A stretch of DNA of 64,000 nt from an uncultured Ruficoccus sp. (GTDB taxonomy: Bacteria; Verrucomicrobiota; Verrucomicrobiia; Opitutales; Cerasicoccaceae), in NCBI GenBank assembly GCA_965140785.1, contig OZ223481.1:128001-192000 (forward strand), written 5' to 3'. A program made the translations under genes and the position numbers. Each line of letters starts with the position of its first letter. The stretch's first letter is position 1. Positions 18,811 to 29,479 of the stretch are shown here, piece by piece. The notes under the pieces are model-generated. The model was not told the DNA's origin and ran no database searches. It saw only the letters and a list, made by a program, of their open reading frames with translations.

Positions 18811-20250
18811 ATGAAACGTCTGATTCACAGACTTTGGCACTCGCCGACCTTTACCTCATGGTCCAACCGGGCCGCGCAATCGGTTCGCCTGATCGTGCTG
18901 CTGCCCCTCATCCTGAAGGATTTCGACGACACTCAGGTGGCCTGCTGGTTTCTATTCAGCTCCATTCTCTTTTTCGGGCAAGTCATCAGCCAGCAAACCG
19001 CCCTGACGATGGCCCGCATGACAGCAATGGCCAACGGCGGCCTGAGTGACCTCTCCCCACACACCGGGAAAGCCCGCGACACAACCGGCCAGCCCAATTG
19101 GCCCCTGATCGAGCGCCTCTACGGCACACTGCAATCCCTCAATGCTATTCTCGCTGTCACCGGCCTGCTGCTGGCTATTGCCATGGGATATTATTCGCTT
19201 GAGCCCATGCTTAGCGATTACTCGGGAGCGAGCGACATCTGGTGCGCCTTCGCGATCCTCATGGGCGGGTATTTCATCAACGAGCTTTTTCGCAAGTTCG
19301 AAGTTACCCTCAAAGGGCTAAACCAGGTCGCCCTCACCAATCGCTGGAACGCCCTCTTCTCCGTACTCTCCTCGTGCAGTGGTGCTCTCGTCCTGCTGGC
19401 GGGCGGCTCCATCGTCGAGCTCGCCATCGCCATGCAGGCATTCATCCTGTTGAGTATCCTGCGCCAATGGGGGCTGCTCATGTTTCTGGTCCAGCCACGC
19501 TTCCGCGCCTTTAAAGTCTGGGCCTGGCATCAAGAAATTGTCAAATGGGCGTGGACTCCTTTATGGCGCGGCACGGTCCAGGCCCTGGCCAACCGCGGCG
19601 GCGCCCGGGTCGGAGCCGTTGTCCTCGCCCGCCATTGCGAGCCGGTCACCCTGGCCAGCATCCTTCTGGCCATACGCATCCTCGATGCGCTCGAAGACGT
19701 CAGCACCACCCCCATCGCCAGCCATTCACCGCGCTTTGGCCGGCTGTTGGGGGAAGGCAAAATCGACAAATTCCGCAAAGGCATGGATCGGGCGTTTCGC
19801 CTGTCATGCTCTGTCCATGTCACTGGGGTGGTCATGGTCGGATTTCTGGGCGGAATCGGGCTGCGGCTCCTTGGCTCCGATACAAAGTTCATCCCCATGA
19901 CCCTGTTCTTCAGCCTGGCAATCGCCCAGACACTCTTTTCCGTCGTTCGCAAGAGCCTGATGATATCAATGGTCGGCAACAACGTCGTCGTAGTCGAACG
20001 CTACTTGGCAGCTGCTCTGGCCAGTATCCTCCTCGCCTTCTGGCTCATCCCGCTGGACCCCTTCTGGGGCCTTCTTGCCAGCAGCTACCTCCCCGCCATC
20101 GTCATTGTAAACATCAAACCCCTCCAAATCGGCTGCCAGACGCTTCAGGAGCCCATATCGTTGTTCGTCAGGCGCACGATACTTGCCCCCCTGAGCGTGC
20201 TGCTGCTAGCCTCCGGGCTGGCGCTGGTGCTGAGTTATACGCGCCCTTGA
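18811..20250 (+). CDS. Polysaccharide flippase (Wzx/MATE-like)
   Basis: 479 aa with about 12 hydrophobic segments; located in a glycosyltransferase cluster. Confidence 0.72.
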   Translation: MKRLIHRLWHSPTFTSWSNRAAQSVRLIVLLPLILKDFDDTQVACWFLFSSILFFGQVISQQTALTMARMTAMANGGLSDLSPHTGKARDTTGQPNWPLIERLYGTLQSLNAILAVTGLLLAIAMGYYSLEPMLSDYSGASDIWCAFAILMGGYFINELFRKFEVTLKGLNQVALTNRWNALFSVLSSCSGALVLLAGGSIVELAIAMQAFILLSILRQWGLLMFLVQPRFRAFKVWAWHQEIVKWAWTPLWRGTVQALANRGGARVGAVVLARHCEPVTLASILLAIRILDALEDVSTTPIASHSPRFGRLLGEGKIDKFRKGMDRAFRLSCSVHVTGVVMVGFLGGIGLRLLGSDTKFIPMTLFFSLAIAQTLFSVVRKSLMISMVGNNVVVVERYLAAALASILLAFWLIPLDPFWGLLASSYLPAIVIVNIKPLQIGCQTLQEPISLFVRRTILAPLSVLLLASGLALVLSYTRP

Positions 20251-20270
20251 GTACAACCCGAATCGATTCC

Positions 20271-21440
20271 ATGAAAATCCTGTACCTGATCAGCTGCCTG
20301 CGAGGAATGAACTCCGGCGTCGGCGGACATAACTACTCGCTCATTACTATCGCAACGGCAATGGCCCGTTCGAACACAGTGAAAGTCGTACTCAACCACG
20401 ACATGGAATGCCCCGCCTTCAACACCTACCAGGGAACGCTCCTACACATCAGCCACCAGAGCCTGCGCGACGACATCAAGTCCCTGGTCGCGATCATCAG
20501 AGAAGAAAAACCGGACGCACTGCATTCCTTTGACCGAATATCCCATTGCATAGCAAAGGCAGCCAGTGCCCAAACCCAAACCCCGCTTGTCATCACCAAG
20601 CCCGGAGACATTCTCCCTCGCTATACCTATCCTCACGCCTACGACGTGACCGTGTTTACCCAGGCAGATGTCGATTTCTTCAAAAACCACCCATACTTCC
20701 GAAACGCACGCATTTCGAATATTCCAAACCGAACGACAAAACCGATCGTGAACGAAAAGCGTCTTTTAGCCCTCCAACCGTATGTCAAAGAGGGAGCGTT
20801 CAAGATCATGTTCATTTCGACCTTCAACAATAGAAAATTCAATACACACACAAAGTGTATTGAATTGATCAAACGCTTGAACCTGGAGGGTTTCAAAGCC
20901 CAAGGCATTTTTATCGGTAACATTAACGAACAAAGCGTCTATGATAAACTGCTCGCCAGCGCCGGAGAAAACTGCACCCTGCTTACCTCTGAGGAGTTCT
21001 TTGATAACGCTTCGGAATTTCTGGCCGGTGCGGATGCTGCGGTCACGATGGGGCGAAGCACTCAAGAGGCAGCCGCCTATGGAAAACCCATTTTATGCTG
21101 TGCCCATAACCTCGACATCCCATATCTCCTTAACGATTCGAATTTCGAGCACACAGCCTCTCATAACTTTACAAACCGTACTACCGTCGACATGAGCGGA
21201 TATGACGCCCTTGCCTCTATTTCTTCTCTCATTACCTCTCCGCAAGCCTACACCCAAGCCTGCGAATTCTCCAAACGCCAATTCGCCAAGTACTGGGATG
21301 TTGAAATGGCAGTTCCGAAATACTGTAATCTTTACGCTTCAGCACGCCCCGCGTGCAACCTCCCTCTGGAAAAATACCTACAGGCAACAGTTAAGCTACT
21401 TTACGATAAAGGGCGTAAGCTCTTCTCTAAATCTAGCTGA
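20271..21440 (+). CDS. GT-B fold glycosyltransferase
   Basis: MKILYLI...GVGGH N-terminus, KPDALHS and ADAAVTMGRSTQEAAAYGKP; AT-rich. The longer track ORF from 19545 is a spurious extension over wzx. Confidence 0.78.
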   Translation: MKILYLISCLRGMNSGVGGHNYSLITIATAMARSNTVKVVLNHDMECPAFNTYQGTLLHISHQSLRDDIKSLVAIIREEKPDALHSFDRISHCIAKAASAQTQTPLVITKPGDILPRYTYPHAYDVTVFTQADVDFFKNHPYFRNARISNIPNRTTKPIVNEKRLLALQPYVKEGAFKIMFISTFNNRKFNTHTKCIELIKRLNLEGFKAQGIFIGNINEQSVYDKLLASAGENCTLLTSEEFFDNASEFLAGADAAVTMGRSTQEAAAYGKPILCCAHNLDIPYLLNDSNFEHTASHNFTNRTTVDMSGYDALASISSLITSPQAYTQACEFSKRQFAKYWDVEMAVPKYCNLYASARPACNLPLEKYLQATVKLLYDKGRKLFSKSS

Positions 21441-21481
21441 CACAAACACATTCCTTCTCACTCCTTTCACCAAATACATCT

Positions 21482-22084
21482 ATGGCCAGCACTAATCTCA
21501 GGGAATCCATCAGAGCAGATTTGCTGCGCTACCGCAAAAACACCGGCTGGAAGGCTTTCGGGTATGCCTACATCGTCTACCCCGGCTTTCGTGTCACATT
21601 CTGGTATCGGCTTGTCCATTATTGCCATCGCTCTCCGAAATGGCGGATATTCTCCAAAATCGGCACACTCTGGCTACTGCACCAACAGCACCGCACTGGG
21701 ATAGAGCTCAGCCATCAAACAGAGATAGGCCCGGGCGTCTATATCCCCCATGCTGGAGCAATTGTGATTAACGGGAAGTGTAAGATCGGCAGCAATCTCT
21801 ACCTCTCCCACGATGTGCTGCTTGGCAAAGCCCATGCCGGCCCCCGGCAAGGGGTGCCCACCGTCGGGGATGACGTTTATCTTGGGCCGGGTGCACGGCT
21901 ACTGGGTAAACTCCATGTGGGAGACAATGCCGCCATCGGGGCAAATGCAGTCGTTTTAAACGACATTCCTTCCGACAGCTTCGCCGTGGGCGCTCCGGCC
22001 AAAGTCGTTAAAAATACCGGAGCCCGGGGGTTACTCGGAATCGCAGAAGAACAGGCCACAGTCCAAACACCGACCAAGGGCTAA
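21482..22084 (+). CDS. Hexapeptide-repeat O-acetyltransferase (CysE/WcaB-like)
   Basis: IGPGVYIPH, PTVGDDVYLGPGARLLG, IGANAVV and VGAPAK. Confidence 0.88.
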   Translation: MASTNLRESIRADLLRYRKNTGWKAFGYAYIVYPGFRVTFWYRLVHYCHRSPKWRIFSKIGTLWLLHQQHRTGIELSHQTEIGPGVYIPHAGAIVINGKCKIGSNLYLSHDVLLGKAHAGPRQGVPTVGDDVYLGPGARLLGKLHVGDNAAIGANAVVLNDIPSDSFAVGAPAKVVKNTGARGLLGIAEEQATVQTPTKG

Positions 22085-22129
22085 TTGACCCCTGCGGTCC
22101 TCATCGCAACTTCACCTTTCAGCCCATTC

Positions 22130-23506
22130 ATGAAATTAATCCCCTTTCCCTCGGAAAATAACGGAAGACTGCTACAGAAAGTGGCCTACTGGGTCCTGGT
22201 CGGCATGGCTATCGTCTCGCCATTAGGCCAGCTTACCCGATTCGGCCAATTCACGGGCGAAGGTGATGGCCAGGCCATGGGCGCTGTTACCATCCTGACC
22301 ATTTTGTACATCGGGCTTTCTATTATTAACGGCAGCATTATGGCTGCCATAAAAAAAACACCCCGCCGCCCTGCTCCTCTTCTGCTTCGCAGGATGGAGT
22401 TGCCTGGCAACCCTGGTGCAGGGGCTTCCGGTCATGTACGGGGTATACCCGGCCGCCCGCATGGTCAGTTATTATCTGGTCATGCTTGCCGTCTTCGGAA
22501 GCTTTTACTCCGAGCGTCAATTGCGATCGTCGCCCTGACGTTTTGTTTCTTCATGTCGATATGCTGTGTCATCAGTCTGGCCGACTATTTTGAATACATA
22601 AATCTAGAGCAGGTTAATGTCGTCGAGAATGCCTTCAAGACGGATGACATGAGAAACCTGAGAGTGGACAGCCTAACGGGGCCATTCTCCAGTCGGACAA
22701 TCTTCGCCAACCACATGGCCATAACCGTTACGATTGCAGTCTGGTATGTGCTGTTGAAAGGGAAGTCGATCATAGGCCTGAGTGCAGGCGTTGAGATGCT
22801 CGGCATTTTTGCGATCAGTGCCGTCATGTCCCAATCTCGAGGCCTGTATATGGCGATTCCGGTCGCTGTTTTATATATGGTGTATAAGCAGCGCAGCTTC
22901 TTGAGACTCATGCCAAAATTGCTCCTCGCTTCAGTCATATTCATAGCCGCAGCTACAGTTGTATTGTTAAATCATCCTGATTTGATGTTCGCGTTCGTGG
23001 AGCGCTTAAAAGGCCTCCTGCCATCGGAGTTCGCCTATAGCTCCTCAGGGCGATTCTCCATTTGGTCCAACCTCTTTAAGGAGCTTATGTCAAATCCGCA
23101 GGGGATTGGTTTTAAAGACGTCTATGTTGCAAACTGGGGGGTGATCGACACGCACAATGTCTATCTCAAAAACCTCAAACAGGCAGGCATCATCGGCATC
23201 GTCATGCTGACGATAGCATTCATCCCCTTGTTCAAGGTGTTATTTCGCCGAGAAATGGCTCCAACCGAGTCCGCCATCCAATCGGCTATCGTATGCTTGG
23301 GCATTTATGGACTGACGCATACCGTGGACTCCACCCTCTTTCTGTGGGTTTTCATTGGATTCGCACTGAGCCATTATTTCCGGCCGGTCAATCCCATGCA
23401 GATGCAGCCTAATCCACAGCCCCAGTTTCATCCCCACCCCCACTGGCCCGCCCCGCCCCATCGTCCACAACGGGCTCCCTTCCCCCCCACCGGACCTGCA
23501 CGGTAA
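22130..23506 (+). CDS. Wzy polymerase / O-antigen ligase family protein with a compensated frameshift segment
   Basis: Multi-TM protein; GPFSSRT, SQSRG, SSGRFSIW, GIG and THNVYLK..QAGIIG. The stretch 22359-22520 is hydrophobic only in the alternative frame. Confidence 0.75.
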   Translation: MKLIPFPSENNGRLLQKVAYWVLVGMAIVSPLGQLTRFGQFTGEGDGQAMGAVTILTILYIGLSIINGSIMAAIKKTPRRPAPLLLRRMELPGNPGAGASGHVRGIPGRPHGQLLSGHACRLRKLLLRASIAIVALTFCFFMSICCVISLADYFEYINLEQVNVVENAFKTDDMRNLRVDSLTGPFSSRTIFANHMAITVTIAVWYVLLKGKSIIGLSAGVEMLGIFAISAVMSQSRGLYMAIPVAVLYMVYKQRSFLRLMPKLLLASVIFIAAATVVLLNHPDLMFAFVERLKGLLPSEFAYSSSGRFSIWSNLFKELMSNPQGIGFKDVYVANWGVIDTHNVYLKNLKQAGIIGIVMLTIAFIPLFKVLFRREMAPTESAIQSAIVCLGIYGLTHTVDSTLFLWVFIGFALSHYFRPVNPMQMQPNPQPQFHPHPHWPAPPHRPQRAPFPPTGPAR

Positions 23507-23585
23507 AACTTCAATCATCATCCCACCCGGCTTTACGGCCCAGCCAGCTCCGGTGTGTCCCGTTTACAAACCAATATAAGCATCC

Positions 23586-24755
23586 ATGAAAAGACTGGCA
23601 AAGATTGTGGTAGTCGGTTTCGGCTCCATCGAAAAAGATAACGATGGCAACTGGCAGACGAAACAACCTATTGCCGAGTATATTAACGGCTTGGCCGAGG
23701 GAGCCGAAGAGGTCGTTTGGTTCATTAACCACAATCGGCTTAAAAACCAAAACCAACAGGCTACGATCAATTCTGACAAAATTCGCGTCAGGGCATATAA
23801 ATACAGCACCTGGAGCTGGTTCCGCATGATGCCTGGCGTGCTAAAAGAGAGCAAAGGTGCCGGTGTGATCCTGCACATGCCAACATCGACACACCTCTAT
23901 CCGTTATACAAGCTCATCAAAAGACGTTCGGTCGCGCTGGCAGTCTACATCGGGGACGACTATGAGGCGTACTGCAAAACCGGGACCGGCCTCACAGCCC
24001 TCAAGCGGCGGATGATACTGATGGCCCACCGCACATTGGTCAGTATCGCTGATCTGGTTGTGGCCAGAGGTAAGCACCTGGCATCGGTCGCGATGGAGCG
24101 CAACCGTAATGTCATTGAGACTGTGCCGCTCGCGCACATGCCGACTGAAGTCCAAACCAAGCCGCTTCCCACGGCGGGTGAACCTTTCAATATCCTCTGC
24201 GTAAGCAAGCTCGCCTGGTGCAAAGGCTTTAAAGAGTTCATCGACGCCTACGACCAGCTCGTACAGGAGGGACGGCACAAGCTTGGCAAACTGTACATCG
24301 TCGGAGACGACCTCGGAGGCAACAATATCGAGGGGGACGCCATCAGGGAATATGCCCGCACTAAAGCATGCTGTGATCACATCGTCTTTACCGGTTATTT
24401 GTACCTCGCGAGCGAACTGGAAAAGTACTGGCAGGCGTGCCCCCTGCTGGTGATGCCGACCTCCTCCCACAATGAAGGTGTCCCGCGCGTGATCGACGAA
24501 GCCCTAAGCCGCGGCCTGGGGATTGTCTCGACAACCATCGGTGGGGTGGGAGCCGAGTTCGCATCCAGCCCCGTCGTACTGGTGAAACCCGCCGATACCG
24601 GAGCGCTCCGCACCGGCATCGAACAGGTGCTCGATCACCCGGAAACGCTGGCCGACATTTCCGCCTATGCGAAAAGTCGCTTCGAGTTTTTCCAGCAGCA
24701 AGGCTCGCCCGGCAAGCAGCACTACCAAGCCCTTTCACAATGTATCAGAAAATAA
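23586..24755 (+). CDS. Glycosyltransferase family 4
   Basis: KG..EFIDA, YIVGD and EGVPRVIDEALSRGL. Confidence 0.85.
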   Translation: MKRLAKIVVVGFGSIEKDNDGNWQTKQPIAEYINGLAEGAEEVVWFINHNRLKNQNQQATINSDKIRVRAYKYSTWSWFRMMPGVLKESKGAGVILHMPTSTHLYPLYKLIKRRSVALAVYIGDDYEAYCKTGTGLTALKRRMILMAHRTLVSIADLVVARGKHLASVAMERNRNVIETVPLAHMPTEVQTKPLPTAGEPFNILCVSKLAWCKGFKEFIDAYDQLVQEGRHKLGKLYIVGDDLGGNNIEGDAIREYARTKACCDHIVFTGYLYLASELEKYWQACPLLVMPTSSHNEGVPRVIDEALSRGLGIVSTTIGGVGAEFASSPVVLVKPADTGALRTGIEQVLDHPETLADISAYAKSRFEFFQQQGSPGKQHYQALSQCIRK

Positions 24756-24863
24756 ACTTCACCTATTTACCAAGGAGGGGAGACAACCCCCAGGCCATCG
24801 ACTTCTAAACGAACTGTCGAGGCTCTATCCTGCCTCTCGCAGACCCCACGAAGCCACAATCTA

Positions 24864-25658
24864 ATGAAGACTGTCCAGAAATTGATCCAACATCCGGCAT
24901 GGACAGCCAAGAAGCTTTATCTCCATGGTCGATCCTTTTTGAACCTGAACAAAGATGACATCATACTGGCCGTTTTCCCGAAAACGGGCAGTACCTGGGT
25001 TCGGTTCTTCCTCTTCAATCTACTCTCGAGCGTCGAACAGCGCCAGGGCGAGATCAGCATCGACGAGATGAACCGTTTGATGCCCGAGATGGGGCACCCC
25101 TCCTTGTTTCGCGACTGGCCCTTTCGCTCGTGTCCACGCATCGTCAAAAACCACCATGCGGCCAATTTTATGACGCGCGGTCATCGTGTGATACTGATCC
25201 TGCGCGACCCCCGCGACGTCGTCGTGTCTTATTACCACTATGTCAATGGCGGCAAAAATGCTCCCGCTCAGGCCCAGACAATCAAGGACATCATCTACGA
25301 TCCGGAAAAAGGATTCGAAGGCTTTTTCAGGCAGTACTATTCCTGGCCGGAACAAGACCGTTTCTTACTGCGGTACGAAGACCTCAAAGCCGACCCTTTT
25401 GCCGAGTTCAGTCGCCTGGTGCATCACCTGAATATTCCGGCCAGCGAGGGGCAAATCCGGCAAGCTATCGCCAGTGCGGATTTTTCAGCCATGCGCAAAG
25501 CTCAGCAGCAAAGTAAATCCATGCGGGAGAGCTTCTCCGAGGGTTTCAATTTTGTCCGGTCCGGCGGCAGCGGTGAATGGAAAAACCTTTTCGAGGCCAA
25601 GGACATCGCCTATTGGGAGTCACTGAAAAATAAATACAATTTCAAGCTATATCCATGA
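24864..25658 (+). CDS. Sulfotransferase (Sulfotransfer_1 / cytosolic SULT-like)
   Basis: DDIILAVFPKTGSTW, RDPRDVVVSYYHY, RYEDLK and FVRSGGSGEWKN. Confidence 0.9.
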   Translation: MKTVQKLIQHPAWTAKKLYLHGRSFLNLNKDDIILAVFPKTGSTWVRFFLFNLLSSVEQRQGEISIDEMNRLMPEMGHPSLFRDWPFRSCPRIVKNHHAANFMTRGHRVILILRDPRDVVVSYYHYVNGGKNAPAQAQTIKDIIYDPEKGFEGFFRQYYSWPEQDRFLLRYEDLKADPFAEFSRLVHHLNIPASEGQIRQAIASADFSAMRKAQQQSKSMRESFSEGFNFVRSGGSGEWKNLFEAKDIAYWESLKNKYNFKLYP

Positions 25659-25754
25659 TGCCACCCCTCCTCCCCCGTCAACGACAAGGCATCGATAACC
25701 CGTGCTTCCTTTAAGGCAGACAACCATCCCACCAACCCAGTCAGCACATCAGCC

Positions 25755-26894
25755 ATGGCCAAGACGCTCATTGCCATTTATACCCGAGGAAAAGGCATCA
25801 CTGGGCAATTGGTAGCCACACGCCTATTAGTAGACGCCTTGAAGAAAGAGGGCTGGAGCGTCCACGATTATCCCCTGCCGGCTCTTGACCGCGACTCCCC
25901 CCACCCCTGGTTCGCTTACTTCATTTATTTCCTCAAGCTTCTCCTGGCTTGGATGCGTCTGCCTTATTTCCTGCTCCTCCGACCGGACTTCATTCACTTG
26001 AATGCCGGTCAGTCACTGGTCGCCCTGATACGCGACTGGGTGCCGTTCCAGTCACTGGTCCGACTGACACGAGCTCGCGGCTACATTTCCATGCACGGAA
26101 GCATCGCCATGTCATGGCGTAAACAGGACCGCTGCACCCAGCTTCTCAACCGCCTCACCAGATCGGCCGAAGCGGTCACGGTGCTGGGCACCCAACTGCA
26201 ACAGCAATTGATCCACCTTGGGGTGCCCGAAGGCAAGATCGTCATCTTGCCCAATACCTGTGACATCCCCCCTCTGAGCGAAAATAGTATCCGCGCTAAA
26301 CAAAGCGTGCCGGACACGCACCGGATTCTTTTTATCAGCAACCTCATCGACGCCAAGGGCTACCCGGAGTTTCTGGAGGGCATGGAGCTACTCGCCCGGC
26401 AGACCACCCTTCCTCTTGAGATCAACCTTTGCGGACAGCTTTACCAGACCGAATACTCTGACCGATTTAAAACGGTGAATGACGCGCGCCAATGGATAGA
26501 ACAAAAGCTGCAGACCCTCAACAGCCTGCCGCACGCCTCAGCCCGTTGGCTCGAGGGAGTCGCCGGAGAGGAGAAAGAACATCTGCTGCACGCGGCCCAT
26601 TTGTTCGTTTTTCCCAGCCGCTACCCTGTCGAGGCCCAACCCATCGTCCTGCTGGAAGCGATGGCCAGCGGAGCCGCCATCATAACAAGCTCCATTGGAG
26701 AAATCCCTGAAACGGTCGGTAAATGCGCCCTGCTCCTGCAGGAAGTATCCGGGCAGACGGTTTACCATGCAACTCGCCGTCTGCTGGAAAACGGACAAGT
26801 GCGCCTAGATTACGCGCAGCGGGGAGCCGAACTTTTCCACCAGTTGTACAGTCAGAAACAGTACAAACAAAACTGGCTGCATCTTCTGTCCTAA
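25755..26894 (+). CDS. Glycosyltransferase family 4
   Basis: FISNLIDAKG and FVFPSRYPVEAQPIVLLEAMASG. Confidence 0.9.
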   Translation: MAKTLIAIYTRGKGITGQLVATRLLVDALKKEGWSVHDYPLPALDRDSPHPWFAYFIYFLKLLLAWMRLPYFLLLRPDFIHLNAGQSLVALIRDWVPFQSLVRLTRARGYISMHGSIAMSWRKQDRCTQLLNRLTRSAEAVTVLGTQLQQQLIHLGVPEGKIVILPNTCDIPPLSENSIRAKQSVPDTHRILFISNLIDAKGYPEFLEGMELLARQTTLPLEINLCGQLYQTEYSDRFKTVNDARQWIEQKLQTLNSLPHASARWLEGVAGEEKEHLLHAAHLFVFPSRYPVEAQPIVLLEAMASGAAIITSSIGEIPETVGKCALLLQEVSGQTVYHATRRLLENGQVRLDYAQRGAELFHQLYSQKQYKQNWLHLLS

Positions 26895-27088
26895 GCGGCG
26901 TTAAAAATGAAAAATGTATCCAAATTTTAATGACTGCCAGACTTTCACCTGGAGAAATACCGGCAAGAACACTGAAACGTAACATGTGGAGCCGCTTTTA
27001 GCTTTTCAGTCATCCGCCCCCAGCTACTATCAACGCCCGAATCATTTCCTAATTGCTGTCCGAGAGGGTCAGCCCGTCAGAGATCACA

Positions 27089-28261
27089 ATGGCCTCAGAT
27101 GTAAATAGTCATAACTCATCCGGCAACACCCTACGTATCTTGCTACATGGTCATTTAGGGCAAGGCAACCTCGGCGACGAAGCCATGTTGGCCGGTGTTT
27201 ACCAACTGCTTATAAAGAATATACCCGATATTCGCGTAAGCGTCATCGCCGGGCCCCATTCCCGGCTGGATTTCCTGCCCCCGGAGACAGTTTCCGTCCT
27301 TCCACGCACGCAGCGAGAACTTATGCGTGGAATTGCCTCAACGGACATCCTCATGATTGTCGGCGGCACGCATCTGGCCTCCTTCAAAAGCGATTTTCGT
27401 CACACCAAAGCCATCCTTCGCCAAGGTATGATTTTGGCCTACGCCCGGCTGCTTGGCAAAAAAGTCTTCATGGCCGGGGTTGGCATAGGCCCCTTTGAAA
27501 CCCGCTCCGGGGAAATGATGGCCGCCTGCGTGGCTCGCCTGTGCAACGCCATCACCGTCCGGGATGAGCGCTCCCTCTCCTGGCTGGCCTCCAGGAAAGC
27601 GCTCCACGCACGGGCCAGTAAATGCGTCGATCCGGCTTTCGCGCTAAACATCCCGTCCGCCTCGAAAACGGGTGACGCCCTGGGCATTTCGCTGATGCCC
27701 TACTTCGCCAACTATCACCCCGGCAGTGGCAAGGACCGGGAAATCGTCAGCCGCATGGTTGAACTCGCCTCCGCATGGTGGAAGCAAAAGCCCGCCGCGC
27801 CCGTCGTTCTTTTTCCGTTCCTGGAACAGCGCAGCATCTACTCCGACAGCGAAGTCATCACGCCTCTTTACGAGCAGTTGGCCCCACTCGGCCCGGTCCG
27901 CATTCACGACGCCAGCCAGAGGCTGGAAGAGCGCATTCGGGGCATCGGTGCCTGCACACATTTTATTTCTTTTCGCTATCATGCCATGCTCTTCGCCTTC
28001 ATGGCGGGCGTACCGCAGTTGGCCGTCGCCTACCATGATAAAAACCGCACCCTTGCCGGCGAATCGGGGCTGCCCGCCAAGGCGGTTTTTTCCGTCGATG
28101 ATTTACTAGCGGGAAAATTATCCGGCCCGGCAGAGGATTTCTTCTCCTCCCCCACGCAATGGGCGAGCACGGTTGATCCGTCGTTTTTTCAGGATCAGGC
28201 AGAAAATATCATCACCGGGCAGATGTACCAGACGATGCGCGGAAAGGCCCAACCAAAATGA
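27089..28261 (+). CDS. Polysaccharide pyruvyltransferase (CsaB/WcaK-like)
   Basis: GHLGQGNLGDEAML, VGG, GVGIGP, ITVRDERS, DPAF, RYHA and AYHDK. Confidence 0.9.
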   Translation: MASDVNSHNSSGNTLRILLHGHLGQGNLGDEAMLAGVYQLLIKNIPDIRVSVIAGPHSRLDFLPPETVSVLPRTQRELMRGIASTDILMIVGGTHLASFKSDFRHTKAILRQGMILAYARLLGKKVFMAGVGIGPFETRSGEMMAACVARLCNAITVRDERSLSWLASRKALHARASKCVDPAFALNIPSASKTGDALGISLMPYFANYHPGSGKDREIVSRMVELASAWWKQKPAAPVVLFPFLEQRSIYSDSEVITPLYEQLAPLGPVRIHDASQRLEERIRGIGACTHFISFRYHAMLFAFMAGVPQLAVAYHDKNRTLAGESGLPAKAVFSVDDLLAGKLSGPAEDFFSSPTQWASTVDPSFFQDQAENIITGQMYQTMRGKAQPK

Positions 28262-29418
28262 AACTTCTCCACGTCATCCATGACAACCGTATCAGCGGAG
28301 TCGCCATGCGGGCCCTGACCGTAGCACCGCAGTTGCGGGCACAGGGCATCGAACCGATCTTCGTCGTGCCGGACGAGGCCGGCTCTGTCGATGAGAAGTG
28401 CCGCGAACTGGGGCTGCCAGTGCACCGTGCCTACATGCCACGTCCGACATTGAAGGCCCGTCACCTGCTGCGGGTGTTGGTGTGGCTGGTCGGGCTGCCC
28501 CGTACCGCGCTACAGTTGCGTCGCCTCATTCACCGCGAGCGTGCGGACTGCCTCCATGTCAACGGTCTGGTCAACGTCGGCCCCTGGCTGGCCGCCTGGC
28601 TCACCCGCAAGCCCATCGTCTGGCACCTGTGCGGGACCGACTACCCAAAGGCCCTGGTGCGGATATTGATTCCGCTCATCCGCCGCCGCAGCGAGATCAT
28701 TTACATTTCTCCCCAGGTCGGAAATTACTTCCTGGGAACAGGTGGCCGAAACTCTAACGAACACCTGCTCTTTGAGCCGGTGGACCTGGCGGTACTGGAG
28801 CGGCGAATGCGTCAGTCCGCCCCAGAAAGCCTGCGCGAGATTATTGGCGACAATGACAACGCCCCGGTCTGCCTCACCGTCGGCAACCTTTCACCCCGCA
28901 AGGGAGCCCACTACCTGATCGAGGCCATCGCGCTCATGAAGGATGCGGGACTGCGAATGAAGCTCGCCGTGGTGGGCGAGTCCCTGAGCGTCCATCTGGA
29001 CTACGAGCGCCAATTGCACCAGCGTATTCAGGAGCTCGGATTGACCGAACAGGTGTTTTTCCTCGGCCGACGGGACGATGTTCCTGCGCTCATGCAGCAA
29101 GCCGATGTCTTTGCCCTCGCCTCGAACTCGGAGGGCACTCCGCTGGTCATCATGGAGGCAATGGCCTTGTATCTTCCCGTTGTCGCCACCGCCGTCGGGG
29201 GCGTCCCAGATATGATTACTGACAATGAAAATGGTCTTCTGGTGGACAAGGGGAGTCCGACCCAGCTTCAGGCTGCGCTGAGTCGTCTGGTACAAGAATC
29301 CGGCTTGCGCGAACGCCTGACCCAAAAGGCCCGGCGCACCACAGAGGAGAAGTTCTCGCTCTCCACCCATGTCAAAGGCTTTGCAGCCATCATAAAAAGG
29401 GCAGCGACCGAAACCTGA
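28258..29418 (+). CDS. Glycosyltransferase family 4
   Basis: VGNLSPRKG, LGRRDDV and EGTPLVIMEAMA. Confidence 0.92.
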   Translation: MKLLHVIHDNRISGVAMRALTVAPQLRAQGIEPIFVVPDEAGSVDEKCRELGLPVHRAYMPRPTLKARHLLRVLVWLVGLPRTALQLRRLIHRERADCLHVNGLVNVGPWLAAWLTRKPIVWHLCGTDYPKALVRILIPLIRRRSEIIYISPQVGNYFLGTGGRNSNEHLLFEPVDLAVLERRMRQSAPESLREIIGDNDNAPVCLTVGNLSPRKGAHYLIEAIALMKDAGLRMKLAVVGESLSVHLDYERQLHQRIQELGLTEQVFFLGRRDDVPALMQQADVFALASNSEGTPLVIMEAMALYLPVVATAVGGVPDMITDNENGLLVDKGSPTQLQAALSRLVQESGLRERLTQKARRTTEEKFSLSTHVKGFAAIIKRAATET

Positions 29419-29479
29419 AAAGATACCGTTAGCACGGCCTGCACGCTTAAGCCATGAGTAGTGGCTACCCGTAACCGCC

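Noticed and set aside
19545..20270. N-terminal extension making a 631-aa GT
   Set aside because: It overlaps wzx in another frame with low-complexity Arg/Pro sequence; the real start is 20271.
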